Positions 1-14,386 of a stretch of 64,000 nt of DNA are shown here, piece by piece. Under the pieces are notes generated by a model. The model saw only the letters and a list, made by a program, of their open reading frames with translations, made no database searches and was not told where the DNA came from. Within the stretch, counting starts at the first letter, position 1; each line of letters begins with the position of its first letter. Source of the stretch: Octopus sinensis (taxonomy: Eukaryota); NCBI RefSeq assembly GCF_006345805.1, contig NC_043020.1, positions 28,272,001 to 28,336,000 of the forward strand, in the 5' to 3' direction. Position numbers and translations under genes: made by a program.

Positions 1-3000
1 ATAAGAATTTCTATGAAATTCATTGAAAAAAATCTCCATTTTCCTAAAATTTATGACGGAAAAGATTGGGTCTTTTGAATTTTCGATGTCCTCTCTCCAC
101 CTGCTTGGAAAAGATTTTTCCCCCACAAATTTCTTCAAAATTGTAATTTATGCTGTTTGATAAGAATTTCTATGAAATTTCATTGGAAAAAAATCTCCAG
201 TTTCCTAAAATTTATGACGGAAAAGATTGGGTCTTTTGAATTTTCGATGTTCTCTCTCCATCTGCTTGGAAAAGATTTTTCCCCCACAAATTTCTTCAAA
301 ATTGTAATTTATGCTGTTTGATAAGAATTTCTATGAAATTTCATTGGAAAAAAATCTCCATTTTCCTAAAATTTATGACGGAAAAGATTGGGTCTTTTGA
401 ATTTTCGATGTCCTCTCTCCACCTGCTTGGAAAAGATTTTTCCCCCACAAATTTCTTCAAAATTGTAATTTATGCTGTTTGATAAGAATTTCTATGAAAT
501 TTCATTGGAAAAAATCTCCATTTTCCTAAAATTATGTCAGAAAAGATTGGGTCTTTTGAATTTTCGATGTTCTCTCTCCATCTGCTTGGAAAAGATTTTT
601 CCCCCCCACAATTTCTTCAAAATTGTAATTTATGCTGTTTGATAAGAATTTCTATGGAATTTCATTGGAAAAAAATCTCCATTTTCCTAAAATTTATGAC
701 GGAAAAGATTGGGTCTTTTGAATTTTCGATGTCCTCTCTCCACCTGCTTGGAAAAGATTTTTCCCCCACAAATTTCTTCAAAATTGTAATTTATGCTGTT
801 TGATAAGAATTTCTATGAAATTTCATTGGAAAAAAATCTCCATTTTCCTAAAATTTATGTCGGAAAAGATTGGGTCTTTTGAATTTTCGATGTTCTCTCT
901 CCATCTGCTTGGAAAAGATTTTTCCCCCACAAATTTCTTCAAAATTGTAATTTATGCTGTTTGATAAGAATTTCTATGAAATTTCATTGGAAAAAAATCT
1001 CCATTTTCCTAAAATTTATGTCGGAAAAGATTGGGTCTTTTGAATTTTCGATGTTCTCTCTCCATCTGCTTGGAAAGATTTTTCCCCCACAAATTTCTTC
1101 AAAATTGTAATTATGCTGTTTGATAAGAATTTCTATGAAATTTCATTGGAAAAAAATCTCCATTTTCCTAAAATTTATGACGGAAAAGATTGGGTCTTTT
1201 GAATTTTCGATGTTCTCTCTCCATCTGCTTGGAAAAGATTTTTCCCCCCAAATTTCTTCAAAATTGTAATTTATGCTGTTTGATAAGAATTTCTATGAAA
1301 TTTCATTGGAAAAAAATCTCCATTTTCCTAAAATTTATGACGGAAAAGATTGGGTCTTTTGAATTTTCGATGTCCTCTCTTCACCTGCTTGGAAAAAATT
1401 TTTCCCCCACAAATTTCTTTTCTTCAAAATTGTAATTTATGCTGTTTGATAAGAATTTCTATGAAATTTCATTGGAAAAAAATCTCCATTTTCCTAAAAT
1501 TTATGAGGGAAAAGATTGGGTCTTTTGAATTTTCGATGTCCTCTCTCCACCTGCTTGGAAAAGATTTTTCCCCCACAAATTTCTTCAAAGTTGTAATTTA
1601 TGCTGTTTGATAAGAATTTCTATGAAATTTCATTGGAAAAAAATCTCCATTTTCCTAAAATTTATGACGGAAAAGATTGGGTCTTTTGAATTTTCGATGT
1701 CCTCTCTCCACCTGCTTGGAAAAGATTTTTCCCCCACAATTTTCAAAATTGTAATTTATGCTGTTTGATAAGAATTTCTATGAAATTTCATTGGAAAAAA
1801 ATCTCCATTTTCCTAAAATTTATGACGGAAAAGATTGGGTCTTTTGAATTTTCGATGTCCTCTCTCCTCTCTCCACCTGCTTGGAAAAGATTTTCCCCCA
1901 CAAATTTCTTCAAAATTGTAATTTATGCTGTTTGATAAGAATTTCTATGAAATTTCATTGGAAAAAAATCTCCATTTTCCTAAAATTTATGACGGAAAAG
2001 ATTGGGTCTTTTGAATTTTCGATGTTCCTCTCCCTCTGCTTGGAAAAGATTTTTCCCCCACAAATTTCTTCAAAATTGTAATTTATGCTGTTTGATAAGA
2101 ATTTCTATGAAATTTCATTGGAAAAAAATCTCCATTTTCCTAAAATTTATGACGGAAAAGATTGGGTCTTTTGAATTTTCGATGTCCCCTCTCCACCTGC
2201 TTGGAAAAGATTTTTCCCCCACAAATTTCTTCAAAATTGTAATTTATGCTGTTTGATAAGAATTTCTATGAAATTTCATTGGAAAAAAATCTCCATTTTC
2301 CTAAAATTTATGTCAGAAAAGATTGGGTCTTTTGAATTTTCGATGTTCTCTCTCCATCTGCTTGGAAAAGATTTTTCCCCCACAAATTTCTTCAAAATTG
2401 TAATTTATGCTGTTTGATAAGAATTTCTATGGAATTTCATTGGAAAAAAATCTCCATTTTCCTAAAATTTATGACGGAAAAGATTGGGTCTTTTGAATTT
2501 TCGATGTCCTCTTTCCACCTGCTTGGAAAAGATTTTTCCCCCACAAATTTCTTCAAAATTGTAATTTATGCTGTTTGATAAGAATTTCTATGAAATTTCA
2601 TTGGAAAAAAATCTCCATTTTCCTAAAATTTATGTCGGAAAAGATTGGGTCTTTTGAATTTTCGATGTTCTCTCTCCATCTGCTTGGAAAAGATTTTTCC
2701 CCACAAATTTCTTCAAATTGTAATTTATGCTGTTTGATAAGAATTTCTATGAAATTTCATTGGAAAAAAATCTCCATTTTCCTAAAATTTATGTCGGAAA
2801 AGATTGGGTCTTTTGAATTTTCGATGTTCTCTCTCCATCTGCTTGGAAAAGATTTTTCCCCCACAAATTTCTTCAAAATTGTAAATTATGCTGTTTGATA
2901 AGAATTTCTATGAAATTTCATTGGAAAAAAATCTCCATTTTCCTAAAATTTATGACGGAAAAGATTGGGTCTTTTGAATTTTCGATGTTCTCTCTCCATC

Positions 3001-6000
3001 TGCTTGGAAAAGATTTTTCCCCCACAAATTTCTTCAAAATTGTAATTTATGCTGTTTGATAAGAATTTCTATGAAATTTCATTGGAAAAAAATCTCCATT
3101 TTCCTAAAATTTATGACGGAAAAGATTGGTCTTTTGAATTTTCGATGTCCTCTCTCCACCTGCTTGGAAAAGATTTTTCCCCCACAAATTTCTTCAAATT
3201 GTAATTTATGCTGTTTGATAATATTTCTATGAAATTTCATGGGAAAATCTCCATTTTCCTAAAATTTATGACGGAAAAGATTGGGTCTTTTGAATTTTCG
3301 ATGTCCTCTCTCCACCTGCCTGGAAAAGATTTTTCCCCCACAAATTTCTTCAAAATTGTAATTTATGCTGTTTGATAAGAATTTCTATGAAATTTCATTG
3401 GAAAAAATCTCCATTTTCCTAAAATTTATGACGGAAAAGATTGGGTCTTTTGAATTTTCGATGTCCTCTCTCCACCTGCTTGGAAAAGATTTTTCCCCCA
3501 CAAATTTCTTCAAAATTGTAATTTATGCTGTTTGATAAGAATTTCTATGAAATTTCATTGGAAAAAAATCTCCATTTTCCTAAAATTTATGACGGAAAAG
3601 ATTGGGTCTTTTGAATTTTCGATGTCCTCTCTCCACCTGCTTGGAAAAGATTTTCCCCCACAAATTTCTTCAAAATTGTAATTTATGCTGTTTGATAAGA
3701 ATTTCTATGAAATTTCATTGGAAAAAAATCTCCATTTTCCTAAAATTTATGACGGAAAAGATTGGGTCTTTTGAATTTTCGATGTCCTCTCTCCACCTGC
3801 TTGGAAAAGATTTTTCCCCCACAAATTTCTTCAAAATTGTAATTTATGCTGTTTGATAAGAATTTCTATGAAATTTCATTGGAAAAAAATCTCCATTTTC
3901 CTAAAATTTATGACAGAAAAGATTGGGTCTTTTGAATTTTCGATGTTCTCTCTCCATCTGCTTGGAAAAGATTTTTCCCCCCCAATTTCTTCAAAATTGT
4001 AATTTATGCTGTTTGATAAGAATTTCTATGAAATTCATTGGAAAAAAATCTCCATTTTCCTAAAATTTATGACGGAAAAGATTGGGTCTTTTGAATTTTC
4101 GATGTCCTCTTTCCACCTGCTTGGAAAAGATTTTTCCCCCACAAATTTCTTCAAAATTGTAATTTATGCTGTTTGATAAGAATTTCTATGAAATTTCATT
4201 GGAAAAAATCTCCATTTTCCTAAAATTTATGTCGGAAAAGATTGGGTCTTTTGAATTTTCGATGTTCCTCTCCATCTGCTTGGAAAAGATTTTTCCCCCA
4301 CAAATTTCTTCAAAATTGTAATTATGCTGTTTGATAAGATTTCTATGAAATTTCATTGGAAAAAAATCTCCATTTTCCTAAAATTTATGACGGAAAAGAT
4401 TGGGTCTTTTGAATTTTCGATGTTCTCTCTCTCCATCTGCTTGGAAAAGATTTTTCCCCCACAAATTTCTTCAAAATTGTAATTTATGCTGTTTGATAAG
4501 AATTTCTATGAAATTTCATTGGAAAAAAATCTCCATTTTCCTAAAATTTATGACGGAAAAGATTGGGTCTTTTGAATTTTCGATGTCCTCTCTCCACCTG
4601 CTTGGAAAAGATATTTCCCCCACAAATTTCTTCAAAATTGTAATTTATGCTGTTTGATAAATATTTCTATGAAATTTCATGGGAAAAAATCTCCATTTTC
4701 CTAAAATTTATGACGGAAAAGATTGGGTCTTTTGAATTTTCGATGTCCTCTCTCCACCTGCTTGGAAAAGATTTTTCCCCACAAATTTCTTCAAAATTGT
4801 AATTTATGCTGTTTGATAAATATTTCTATGAAATTTCATTGGAAAAAATCTCCATTTTCCTAAAATTTATGACGGAAAAGATTGGGTCTTTTGAATTTTC
4901 GATGTTCTCTCTCCATCTGCTTGGAAAAGATTTTTCCCCCACAAATTTCTTCAAAATTGTAATTTATGCTGTTTGATAAGAATTTCTATGAAATTTCATT
5001 GGAAAAAGATCTCCATTTTCCTAAAATTTATGACGGAAAAGATTGGGTCTTTTGAATTTTCGATGTCCTCTCTCCACCTGCTTGGAAAAGATTTTTCCCC
5101 CACAAATTTCTTCAAAATTGTAATTTATGCTGTTTGATAAGAATTTCTATGAAATTTCATTGGAAAAAAATCTCCATTTTCCTAAAATTTATGACGGAAA
5201 AGATTGGGTCTTTTGAATTTTCGATGTCCTCTCTCCACCTGCTTGGAAAAGATTTTTCCCCACACATTTCTTCAAAATTGTAATTTATGCTGTTTGATAA
5301 GAATTTCTATGAAATTTCATTGGAAAAAAATCTCCATTTTCCTAAAATTTATGACGGAAAAGATGGGTCTTTTGAATTTTCGATGTTCTCTCTCCATCTG
5401 CTTGGAAAGATTTTTCCCCCACAAATTTCTTCAAATTGTAATTTATGCTGTTTGATAAAATTTCTATGAAATTTCATTGGAAAAAAATCTCCATTTTCCT
5501 AAAATTTATGACGGAAAAGATTGGGTCTTTTGAATTTTCGATGTCCCCTCTCCACCTGCTTGGAAAAGATTTTTCCCCCACAAATTTCTTCAAAATTGTA
5601 ATTTATGCTGTTTGATAAGAATTTCTATGAAATTTCATTGGAAAAAAATCTCCATTTTCCTAAAATTTATGTCAGAAAAGATTGGGTCTTTTGAATTTTC
5701 GATGTTCTCTCTCCATCTGCTTGGAAAAGATTTTTCCCCCACAAATTTCTTCAAAATTGTAATTTATGCTGTTTGATAAGAATTTCTATGAAATTTCATT
5801 GGAAAAAAATCTCCATTTTCCTAAAATTTATGACGAAAAGATTGGGTCTTTTGAATTTTCGATGTCCTCTTTCCACCTGCTTGGAAAAAATTTTTCCCCC
5901 ACAAATTTCTTCAAAATTGTAATTTATGCTGTTTGATAAGATTTCTATGAAATTTCATTGGAAAAAATCTCCATTTTCCTAAAATTTATGTCGGAAAAGA

Positions 6001-9000
6001 TTGGGTCTTTTGAATTTTCGATGTTCTCTCTCCATCTGCTTGGAAAAGATTTTTCCCCCACAAATTTCTTCAAAATTGTAATTTATGCTGTTTGATAAGA
6101 ATTTCTATGAAATTTCATTGGAAAAAAATCTCCATTTTCCTAAAATTTATGTCGGAAAAGATTGGGTCTTTTGAATTTTCGATGTTCTCTCTCCATCTGC
6201 TTGGAAAAGATTTTTCCCCCACAAATTTCTTCAAAATTGTAATTTATGCTGTTTGATAAGAATTTCTATGGAATTTCATTGGAAAAAAATCTCCATTTTC
6301 CTAAAATTTATGACGGAAAAGATTGGGTCTTTTGAATTTTCGATGTCCTCTCTCCACCTGCTTGGAAAAGATTTTTCCCCCCCACAAATTTCTTCTAAAT
6401 TGTAATTTATGCTGTTTGATAAGAATTTCTATGAAATTTCATTGGAAAAAAATCTCCATTTTCCTAAAATTTATGACGGAAAAGATTGGGTCTTTTGAAT
6501 TTTCGATGTTCTCTCTCTCCATCTGCTTGGAAAAGATTTTTCCCCCACAAATTTCTTCAAAATTGTAATTTATGCTGTTTGATAAGAATTTCTATGGAAT
6601 TTCATTGGAAAAAATCTCCATTTTCCTAAAATTTATGACGGAAAAGATTGGGTCTTTTGAATTTTCGATGTCTCTCTCCATCCTGCTTGGAAAAGATTTT
6701 TCCCCCACAAATTTCTTCAAAATTGTAATTATGCTGTTTGATAAGAATTTCTATGAAATTTCATTGGAAAAAAATCTCCATTTTCCTAAAATTTATGACG
6801 GAAAAGATTGGGTCTTTTGAATTTTCGATGTTCTCTCTCTCCATCTGCTTGGAAAAGATTTTTCCCCCACAAATTCTTCTTCAAATTGTAATTTATGCTG
6901 TTTGATAAGAATTTCTATGAAATTTCATTGGAAAAAATCTCCATTTTCCTAAAATTTATGACGGAAAAGATTGGGTCTTTTGAATTTTCGATGTCCTCTC
7001 TCCACCTGCTGCTTGAAAAGATTTTTCCCCCACAAATTTCTTCAAAATTGTAATTTATGCTGTTTGATAAGAATTTCTATGAAATTTCATTGGAAAAAAT
7101 CTCCATTTTCCTAAAATTTATGACGGAAAAGATTGGGTCTTTTGAATTTTCGATGTTCTCTCTCTCCATCTGCTTGGAAAAGATTTTTCCCCCACAATTT
7201 CTTCAAAATTGTAATTTATGCTGTTTGATAAGATTTCTATGAAATTTCATGGAAAAAATCTCCATTTTCCTAAAATTTATGACGGAAAAGATTGGGTCTT
7301 TTGAATTTTCGATGTCCTCTCTCCACTGCTTGGAAAAGATTTTTCCCCCACAAATTTCTTCAAAATTGTAATTTATGCTGTTTGATAAATATTTCTATGA
7401 AATTTCATTGGAAAAAATCTCCATTTTCCTAAAATTTATGACGGAAAAAATTGGGTCTTTTGAATTTTCGATGTTCTCTCTCCATCTGCTTGGAAAAGAT
7501 TTTTCCCCCACAAATTTCTTCAAAATTGTAATTTATGCTGTTTGATAAGAATTTCTATGAAATTTCATTGGAAAAAAATCTCCATTTTCCTAAAATTTAT
7601 GACGGAAAAGATTGGGTCTTTTGAATTTTCGATGTCCTCTCTCCACCTGCTTGGAAAAGATTTTTCCCCCACAAATTTCTTCAAAATTGTAATTTATGCT
7701 GTTTGATAAGAATTTCTATGAAATTTCATTGGAAAAAAATCTCCATTTTCCTAAAATTTATGACGATAAAGATTGGGTCTTTTGAATTTTCGATGTTCTC
7801 TCTCCATCTGCTTGGAAAAGATTTTTCCCCCACAAATTTCTTCAAAATTGTAATTTATGCTGTTTGATAAATATTTCTATGAAATTTCATGGGAAAAAAT
7901 CTCCATTTTCCTAAAATTTATGACGGAAAAGATTGGGTCTTTTGAATTTTCGATGTCCTCTCTCCACCTGCTTGGAAAAGATTTTTCCCCCACAAATTTC
8001 TTCAAAATTGTAATTTATGCTGTTTGATAAATATTTCTATGAAATTTCATTGGAAAAAATCTCCATTTTCCTAAAATTTATGACAGAAAAGATTGGGTCT
8101 TTTGAATTTTCGATGTTCTCTCTCCACCTGCTTGGAAAAGATTTTTCCCCCACAAATTTCTTCAAAATTGTAAGTTATGCTGTTTGATAATAATTTCTAT
8201 GAAATTTCATTGGAAAAAAAATCTCCATTTTCCTAAAATTTATGACGGAAAAGATTGGGTCTTTTGAATTTTCGATGTCCCCTCTCCACCTGCTTGGAAA
8301 AGATTTTTCCCCCACAAATTTCTTCAAATTGTAATTTATGCTGTTTGATAAGAATTTCTATGAAATTTCATTGGAAAAAAATCTCCATTTTCCTAAAATT
8401 TATGACGATAAAGATTGGGTCTTTTGAATTTTCGATGTTCTCTCTCCACCTGCTTGGAAAAGATTTTTCCCTCACAAATTTCTTCAAAATTGTAATTTAT
8501 GCTGTTTGATAAGAATTTCTATGAAATTTCATTGGAAAAAAATCTCCATTTTCCTAAAATTTATGACGGAAAAGATTGGGTCTTTTGAATTTTCGATGTT
8601 CTCTCTCCATCTGCTTGGAAAAGATTTTTCCCCCACAAATTTCTTCAAAATTGTAATTTATGCTGTTTGATAAGAATTTCTATGAAATTTCATTGGAAAA
8701 AAATCTCCATTTTCCTAAAATTTATGACGGAAAAGATTGGGTCTTTTGAATTTTCGATGTTCTCTCTCCATCTGCTTGGAAAAGATTTTTCCCCCACAAA
8801 TTTCTTCAAAATTTTAATTTATGCTGTTTGATAAGAATTTCTATGAAATTTCATTGGAAAAAAATCTCCATTTTCCTAAAATTTATGAGGGAAAAGATTG
8901 GGTCTTTTGAATTTTCGATGTCCTCTCTCCACCTGCTTGGAAAAGATTTTTCCCCCACAAATTTCTTCAAAATTGTAATTTATGCTGTTTGATATCTCTC

Positions 9001-12000
9001 CATCTGCTTGGAAAAGATTTTTCCCCCACAAATTTCTTCAAAATTGTAATTTATGCTGTTTGATAAATATTTCTATGAAATTTCATGGGAAAAAATCTCC
9101 ATTTTCCTAAAATTTATGACGGAAAAGATTGGGTCTTTTGAATTTTCGATGTCCTCTCTCCACCTGCTTGGAAAAGATTTTTCCCCCACAATTTCTTCAA
9201 AATTGTAATTATGCTGTTTGATAAATATTTCTATGAAATTCATTGGAAAAAAATCCCATTTCCTAAAATTTATGAGGGAAAAGATTGGGTCTTTTGAATT
9301 TTCGATGTTCTCTCTCCACCTGCTTGGAAAAGATTTTTCCCCCACAAATTTCTTCAAAATTGTAATTTATGCTGTTTGATAAAATTTCTATGAAATTTCA
9401 TTGGAAAAAAATCTCCATTTTCCTAAATTTATGACGAAAAGATTGGGTCTTTTGAATTTTCGATGTTCTCTCTCCACCTGCTTGGAAAAGATTTTTCCCT
9501 CACAAATTTCTTCAAAATTGTAATTTATGCTGTTTGATAAGAATTTCTATGAAATTTCATTGGAAAAAAATCTCCATTTTCTTAAAATTTATGACGGAAA
9601 AGATTGGGTCTTTTGAATTTTCGATGTTCTCTCTCCATCTGCTTGGAAAAGATTTTTCCCCCACAAATTTCTTCAAAATTGTAATTTATGCTGTTTGATA
9701 AGAATTTCTATGAAATTTCATTGGAAAAAAATCTCCATTTTCCTAAAATTTATGACGGAAAAGATTGGGTCTTTTGAATTTTCGATGTTCTCTCTCCATC
9801 TGCTTGGAAAAGATTTTTCCCCCACAAATTTCTTCAAAATTGTAATTTATGCTGTTTGATAAGAATTTCTATGAAATTTCATTGGAAAAAATCTCCATTT
9901 TCCTAAAATTTATGACGAAAAGATTGGGTCTTTTGAATTTTCGATGTTCTCTCCTCCACCTGCTTGGAAAAGATTTTTCCCCCCAAATTTCTTCTTCAAA
10001 TTGTAATTTATGCTGTTTGATAAGAATTTCTATGAAATTTCATTGGAAAATAATCTCCATTTTCCTAAAATTTATGACGGAAAAGATTGGGTCTTTTAAA
10101 TTTTCGATGTTCTCTCTCCATCTGCTTGGAAAAGATTTTTCCCCCACAAATTTCTTCAAAATAGTAATTTATGCTGTTTGATAAGAATTTCTATGAAATT
10201 TCATTGGAAAAAAATCTCCATTTTCCTAAAATTTATGACGGAAAAGATTGGGTCTTTTGAATTTTCGATGTCCTCTCTCCACCTGCTTGGAAAAGATTTT
10301 TCCCCCACAAATTTCTTCAAAATTGTAGTTTATGCTGTTTGATAAGAATTTCTATGAAATTTCATTGGGAAAAAATCTCCATGTTCCTAAAATTTACGAG
10401 GGAAAAGATTGGGTCTTTTGAATTTTCAATGTCCTCTCTCCACCTGCTTGGAAAAGATTTTTCCCCCACAAATTTCTTCAAAATTGTAATTTATGCTGTT
10501 TGATAAATATTTCTATGAAATTTCATTGGAAAAAATCTCCATTTTCCTAAAATTTATGAGGGAAAAGATTGGGTCTTTTGAATTTTCGATGTCCTCTCTC
10601 CACCTGCCTGGAAAAGATTTTTCCCCCACAAATTTCTTCAAAATTGTAATTTATGCTGTTTGATAAATATTTCTATGAAATTTCATTGGAAAAAAATCTC
10701 CATTTTCCTAAAATTTATGAGGGAAAAGATTGGGTCTTTTGAATTTTCGATGTTCTCTCTCCATCTGCTTGGAAAAGATTTTTCCCCCACAAATTTCTTC
10801 AAAATTGTAATTTATGCTGTTTGATAAATATTTCTATGAAATTTCATTGGAAAAAATCTCCATTTTCCTAAAATTTATGAGGAAAAAGATTGGATCTTTT
10901 GAATTTTCGATGTCCTCTCTCCACCTGCTTGTAAAAGATTTTTCCCCCACAAATTTCTTCAAAATTGTAATTTATGCTGTTTGATAAGAATTTCTATGAA
11001 ATTTCATTGGAAAAAAATCTCCATCTTCCTAAAATTTATGACAGAAAAGATTGGGTCTTTTGAATTTTCGATGTCCCCTCTCCACCTGTTTGGAAAAGAT
11101 TTTTCCCCCAAAAATTTCTTCAAAATTGTAATTTATGCTGTTTGATAAATATTTCTATGAAATTTCATTGGAAAAAATCTCCATTTTCCTAAAATTTATG
11201 ACAGAAAAGATTGGGTCTTTTGAATTTTCGATGTTCTCTCTCCATCTGCTTGGAAAAGATTTTTCCCCCACAAATTTCTTCAAAATTGTAATTTATGCTG
11301 TTTGATAAATATTTCTATGAAATTTCATGGGAAAAAATCTCCATTTTCCTAAAATTTATGACGGAAAAGATTGGGTCTTTTGAATTTTCGATGTCCTCTC
11401 TCCACCTGCTTGGAAAAGATTTTTCCCCCACAAATTTCTTCAAAATTGTAATTTATGCTGTTTGATAAATATTTCTATGAAATTTCATTGGAAAAAAATC
11501 TCCATTTTCCTAAAATTTATGAGGGAAAAGATTGGGTCTTTTGAATTTTCGATGTTCTCTCTCCACCTGCTTGGAAAAGATTTTTCCCCCACAAATTTCT
11601 TGAAAATTGTAATTTATGCTGTTTGATAAGAATTTCTATGAAATTTCATTGGAAAAAAATCTCCATTTTCCTAAAATTTATGACGGAAAAGATTGGGTCT
11701 TTTGAATTTTCGATGTTCTCTCTCTCCACCTGCTTGAAAAGATTTTTCCCTCACAAATTTCTTCAAAATTGTAATTTATGCTGTTTGATAAGAATTTCTA
11801 TGAAATTTCATTGGAAAATAATCTCCATTTCCTAAATTTATGACGGAAAAGATTGGGTCTTTTAATTTTCGATGTTCTCTCTCCATCTGCTTGGAAAAGA
11901 TTTTTCCCCACACAAATTTCTTCAAAATAGTAATTTATGCTGTTTGATAAGAATTTCTATGAAATTTCATTGGAAAAAATCTCCATTTTCCTAAAATTTA

Positions 12001-14386
12001 TGACGGAAAAGATTGGGTCTTTTGAATTTTCGATGTCCTCTCTCCACCTGCTTGGAAAAGATTTTTCCCCCACAATTTCTTCAAAATTGTAATTTATGCT
12101 GTTTGATAAGAATTTCTATGAAATTTCATTGGAAAAAATCTCCATGTTCCTAAAATTTACGAGGGAAAAGATTGAGTCTTTTGAATTTTCGATGTCCTCT
12201 CTCCACCTGCTTGGAAAAGATTTTTCCCCACAAATTTCTTCTTCAAAATTGTAATTTATGCTGTTTGATAAATATTTCTATGAAATTTCATTGGAAAAAA
12301 CTCCATTTTCCTAAAATTTATGAGGGAAAAGATTGGGTCTTTTGAATTTTCGATGTCCTCTCTCCACTGCCTGGAAAAGATTTTTCCCCACAAATTTCTT
12401 CAAAATTGTAATTTATGCTGTTTGATAAATATTTCTATGAAATTTCATTGGAAAAAAATCTCCATTTTCCTAAAATTTATGAGGAAAAGATTGGGTCTTT
12501 TGAATTTTCGATGTTCTCTCTCTCCATCTGCTTGGAAAAGATTTTTCCCCCACAAATTTCTTCAAAATTGTAATTTATGCTGTTTGATAATATTTCTATG
12601 AAATTTCATTGGAAAAAATCTCCATTTTCCTAAAATTTATGAGGAAAAAGATTGGATCTTTTGAATTTTCGATGTCCTCTCTCCCCACCTGCTTGTAAAA
12701 GATTTTTCCCCCACAAATTTCTTCAAAATTGTAATTTATGCTGTTTGATAAGAATTCTATGAAATTTCATTGGAAAAAAATCTCCATTTTCCTAAAATTT
12801 ATGACAAAAGATTGGGTCTTTTGAATTTTCGATGTCCCCTCTCCTCTCCACCTGTTGGAAAAGATTTTTCCCCCAAAAATTTCTTCAAAATTGTAATTTA
12901 TGCTGTTTGATAAATATTTCTATGAAATTTCATTGGAAAAAATCTCCATTTTCCTAAAATTTATGAGGGAAAAGATTGGGTCTTTTGAATTTTCGATGTC
13001 CTCTCTCCATCTGCTTGGAAAAGATTTTTCCCCCACAAATTTCTTCAAAATTGTAATTTATGCTGTTTGATAAATATTTCTATGAAATTTCATTGGAAAA
13101 AATCTCCATTTTCCTAAAATTTATGAGGGAAAAGATTGGGTCTTTTGAATTTTCGATGTCCTCTCTCCACCTGCCTGGAAAAGATTTTTCCCCCACAAAT
13201 TTCTTCAAAATTGTAATTTATGCTGTTTGATAAATATTTCTATGAAATTTCATTGGAAAAAATCTCCATTTTCCTAAAATTTATGAGGGAAAAGATTGGG
13301 TCTTTTGAATTTTCGATGTTCTCTCTCCACCTGCTTGGAAAAGATTTTTCCCCCACAAATTTCTTCAAAATTGTAATTTATGCTGTTTGATAATAATTTC
13401 TATGAAATTTCATTGGAAAAAAATCTCCATTTTCCTAAAATTTATGACAGAAAAGATTGGGTCTTTTGAATTTTCGATGTCCCCTCTCCACCTGCTTGGA
13501 AAAGATTTTTCCCCCACAAATTTCTTCAAAATTGTAATTTATGCTGTTTGATAAATATTTCTATGAAATTTCATTGGAAAAAATCTCCATTTTCCTAAAA
13601 TTTATGAGGGAAAAGATTGGGTCTTTTGAATTTTCGATGTCCTCTCTCCACCTGCTTGGAAAAGATTTTTCCCTCACAAATTTCTTCAAGATTGTAATTT
13701 ATGCTGTTTGATAAGAATTTCTATGAAATTTCATTGGAAAAAAATCTCCATTTTCCTAAAATTTATGACAGAAAAGATTGGGTCTTGTGAATTTTCGATG
13801 TCCTCTCTCCACCTTCTTGGAAAAGATTTTTCCCCCACAAATTTCTTCAAAATTGTAATTTATGCTGTTTGATAAGTATTTCTATGAAATTTCATTGGAA
13901 AAAAATCTCCATTTTCCTAAAATTTATGAGGGAAAAGATTGGGTCTTGTGAATTTTCGATGTCCTCTCTCCACCTTCTTGGAAAAGATTTTTCCTCTGCA
14001 AATTTCTTCAAAATTGTAATTTATGCTGTTTGATAAGTATTTCTATGAAATTTCATTGGAAAAAAATCTCCATTTTCCTAAAATTTATGACGGAAAAGAT
14101 GGGGTCTTTTGAATTTTCGATGTCCTCTCTCCACCTGCTTGGAAAAGATTTTTCCCCCACAAATTTCTTCAAAATTGTAATTTATGCTGTTTGATAAGTA
14201 TTTCTATGAAATTTCATTGGAAAAAAATCTCCATTTTCCTAAAATTTATGACGGAAAAGATTGAGTATTTTGAATTTTTGATGTCCTCTCTCCACCTTCT
14301 TGGAAAAGATTTTTCCCCCACAAATTTCTTCAAAATTGTAATTTATGCTGTTTGATAAGTATTTCTATGAAATTTCATTGGAGAAA
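1..14386. repeat. Tandem satellite array, ~160-bp monomer, ~90 copies, truncated by the window start
   Basis: Monomer ataagaatttctatgaaatttcattggaaaaaaatctccattttcctaaaatttatgacggaaaagattgggtcttttgaattttcgatgt(c/t)ctctctcca(c/t)ctgcttggaaaagatttttcccccacaaatttcttcaaaattgtaatttatgctgtttg repeats head-to-tail; array stops abruptly near 14386. Confidence 0.99.

Noticed and set aside
534-12601. Many 60-110 aa ORFs (CCLIRISMKFHWKKISIFLKFM...)
   Set aside because: Translations of the satellite monomer; they open and close with homopolymer indels and show no domain.
1-13000. Single-base indels among monomers as biological variants
   Set aside because: They concentrate in homopolymer and CT runs and are typical of unpolished long-read error; only substitutions were used for the HOR argument.
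1-14386. CRISPR-like array or CENP-B box
   Set aside because: No unique spacers (pure head-to-tail repeats in a eukaryotic context); TTCG is present but the rest of the CENP-B box (A..CGGG) is not.
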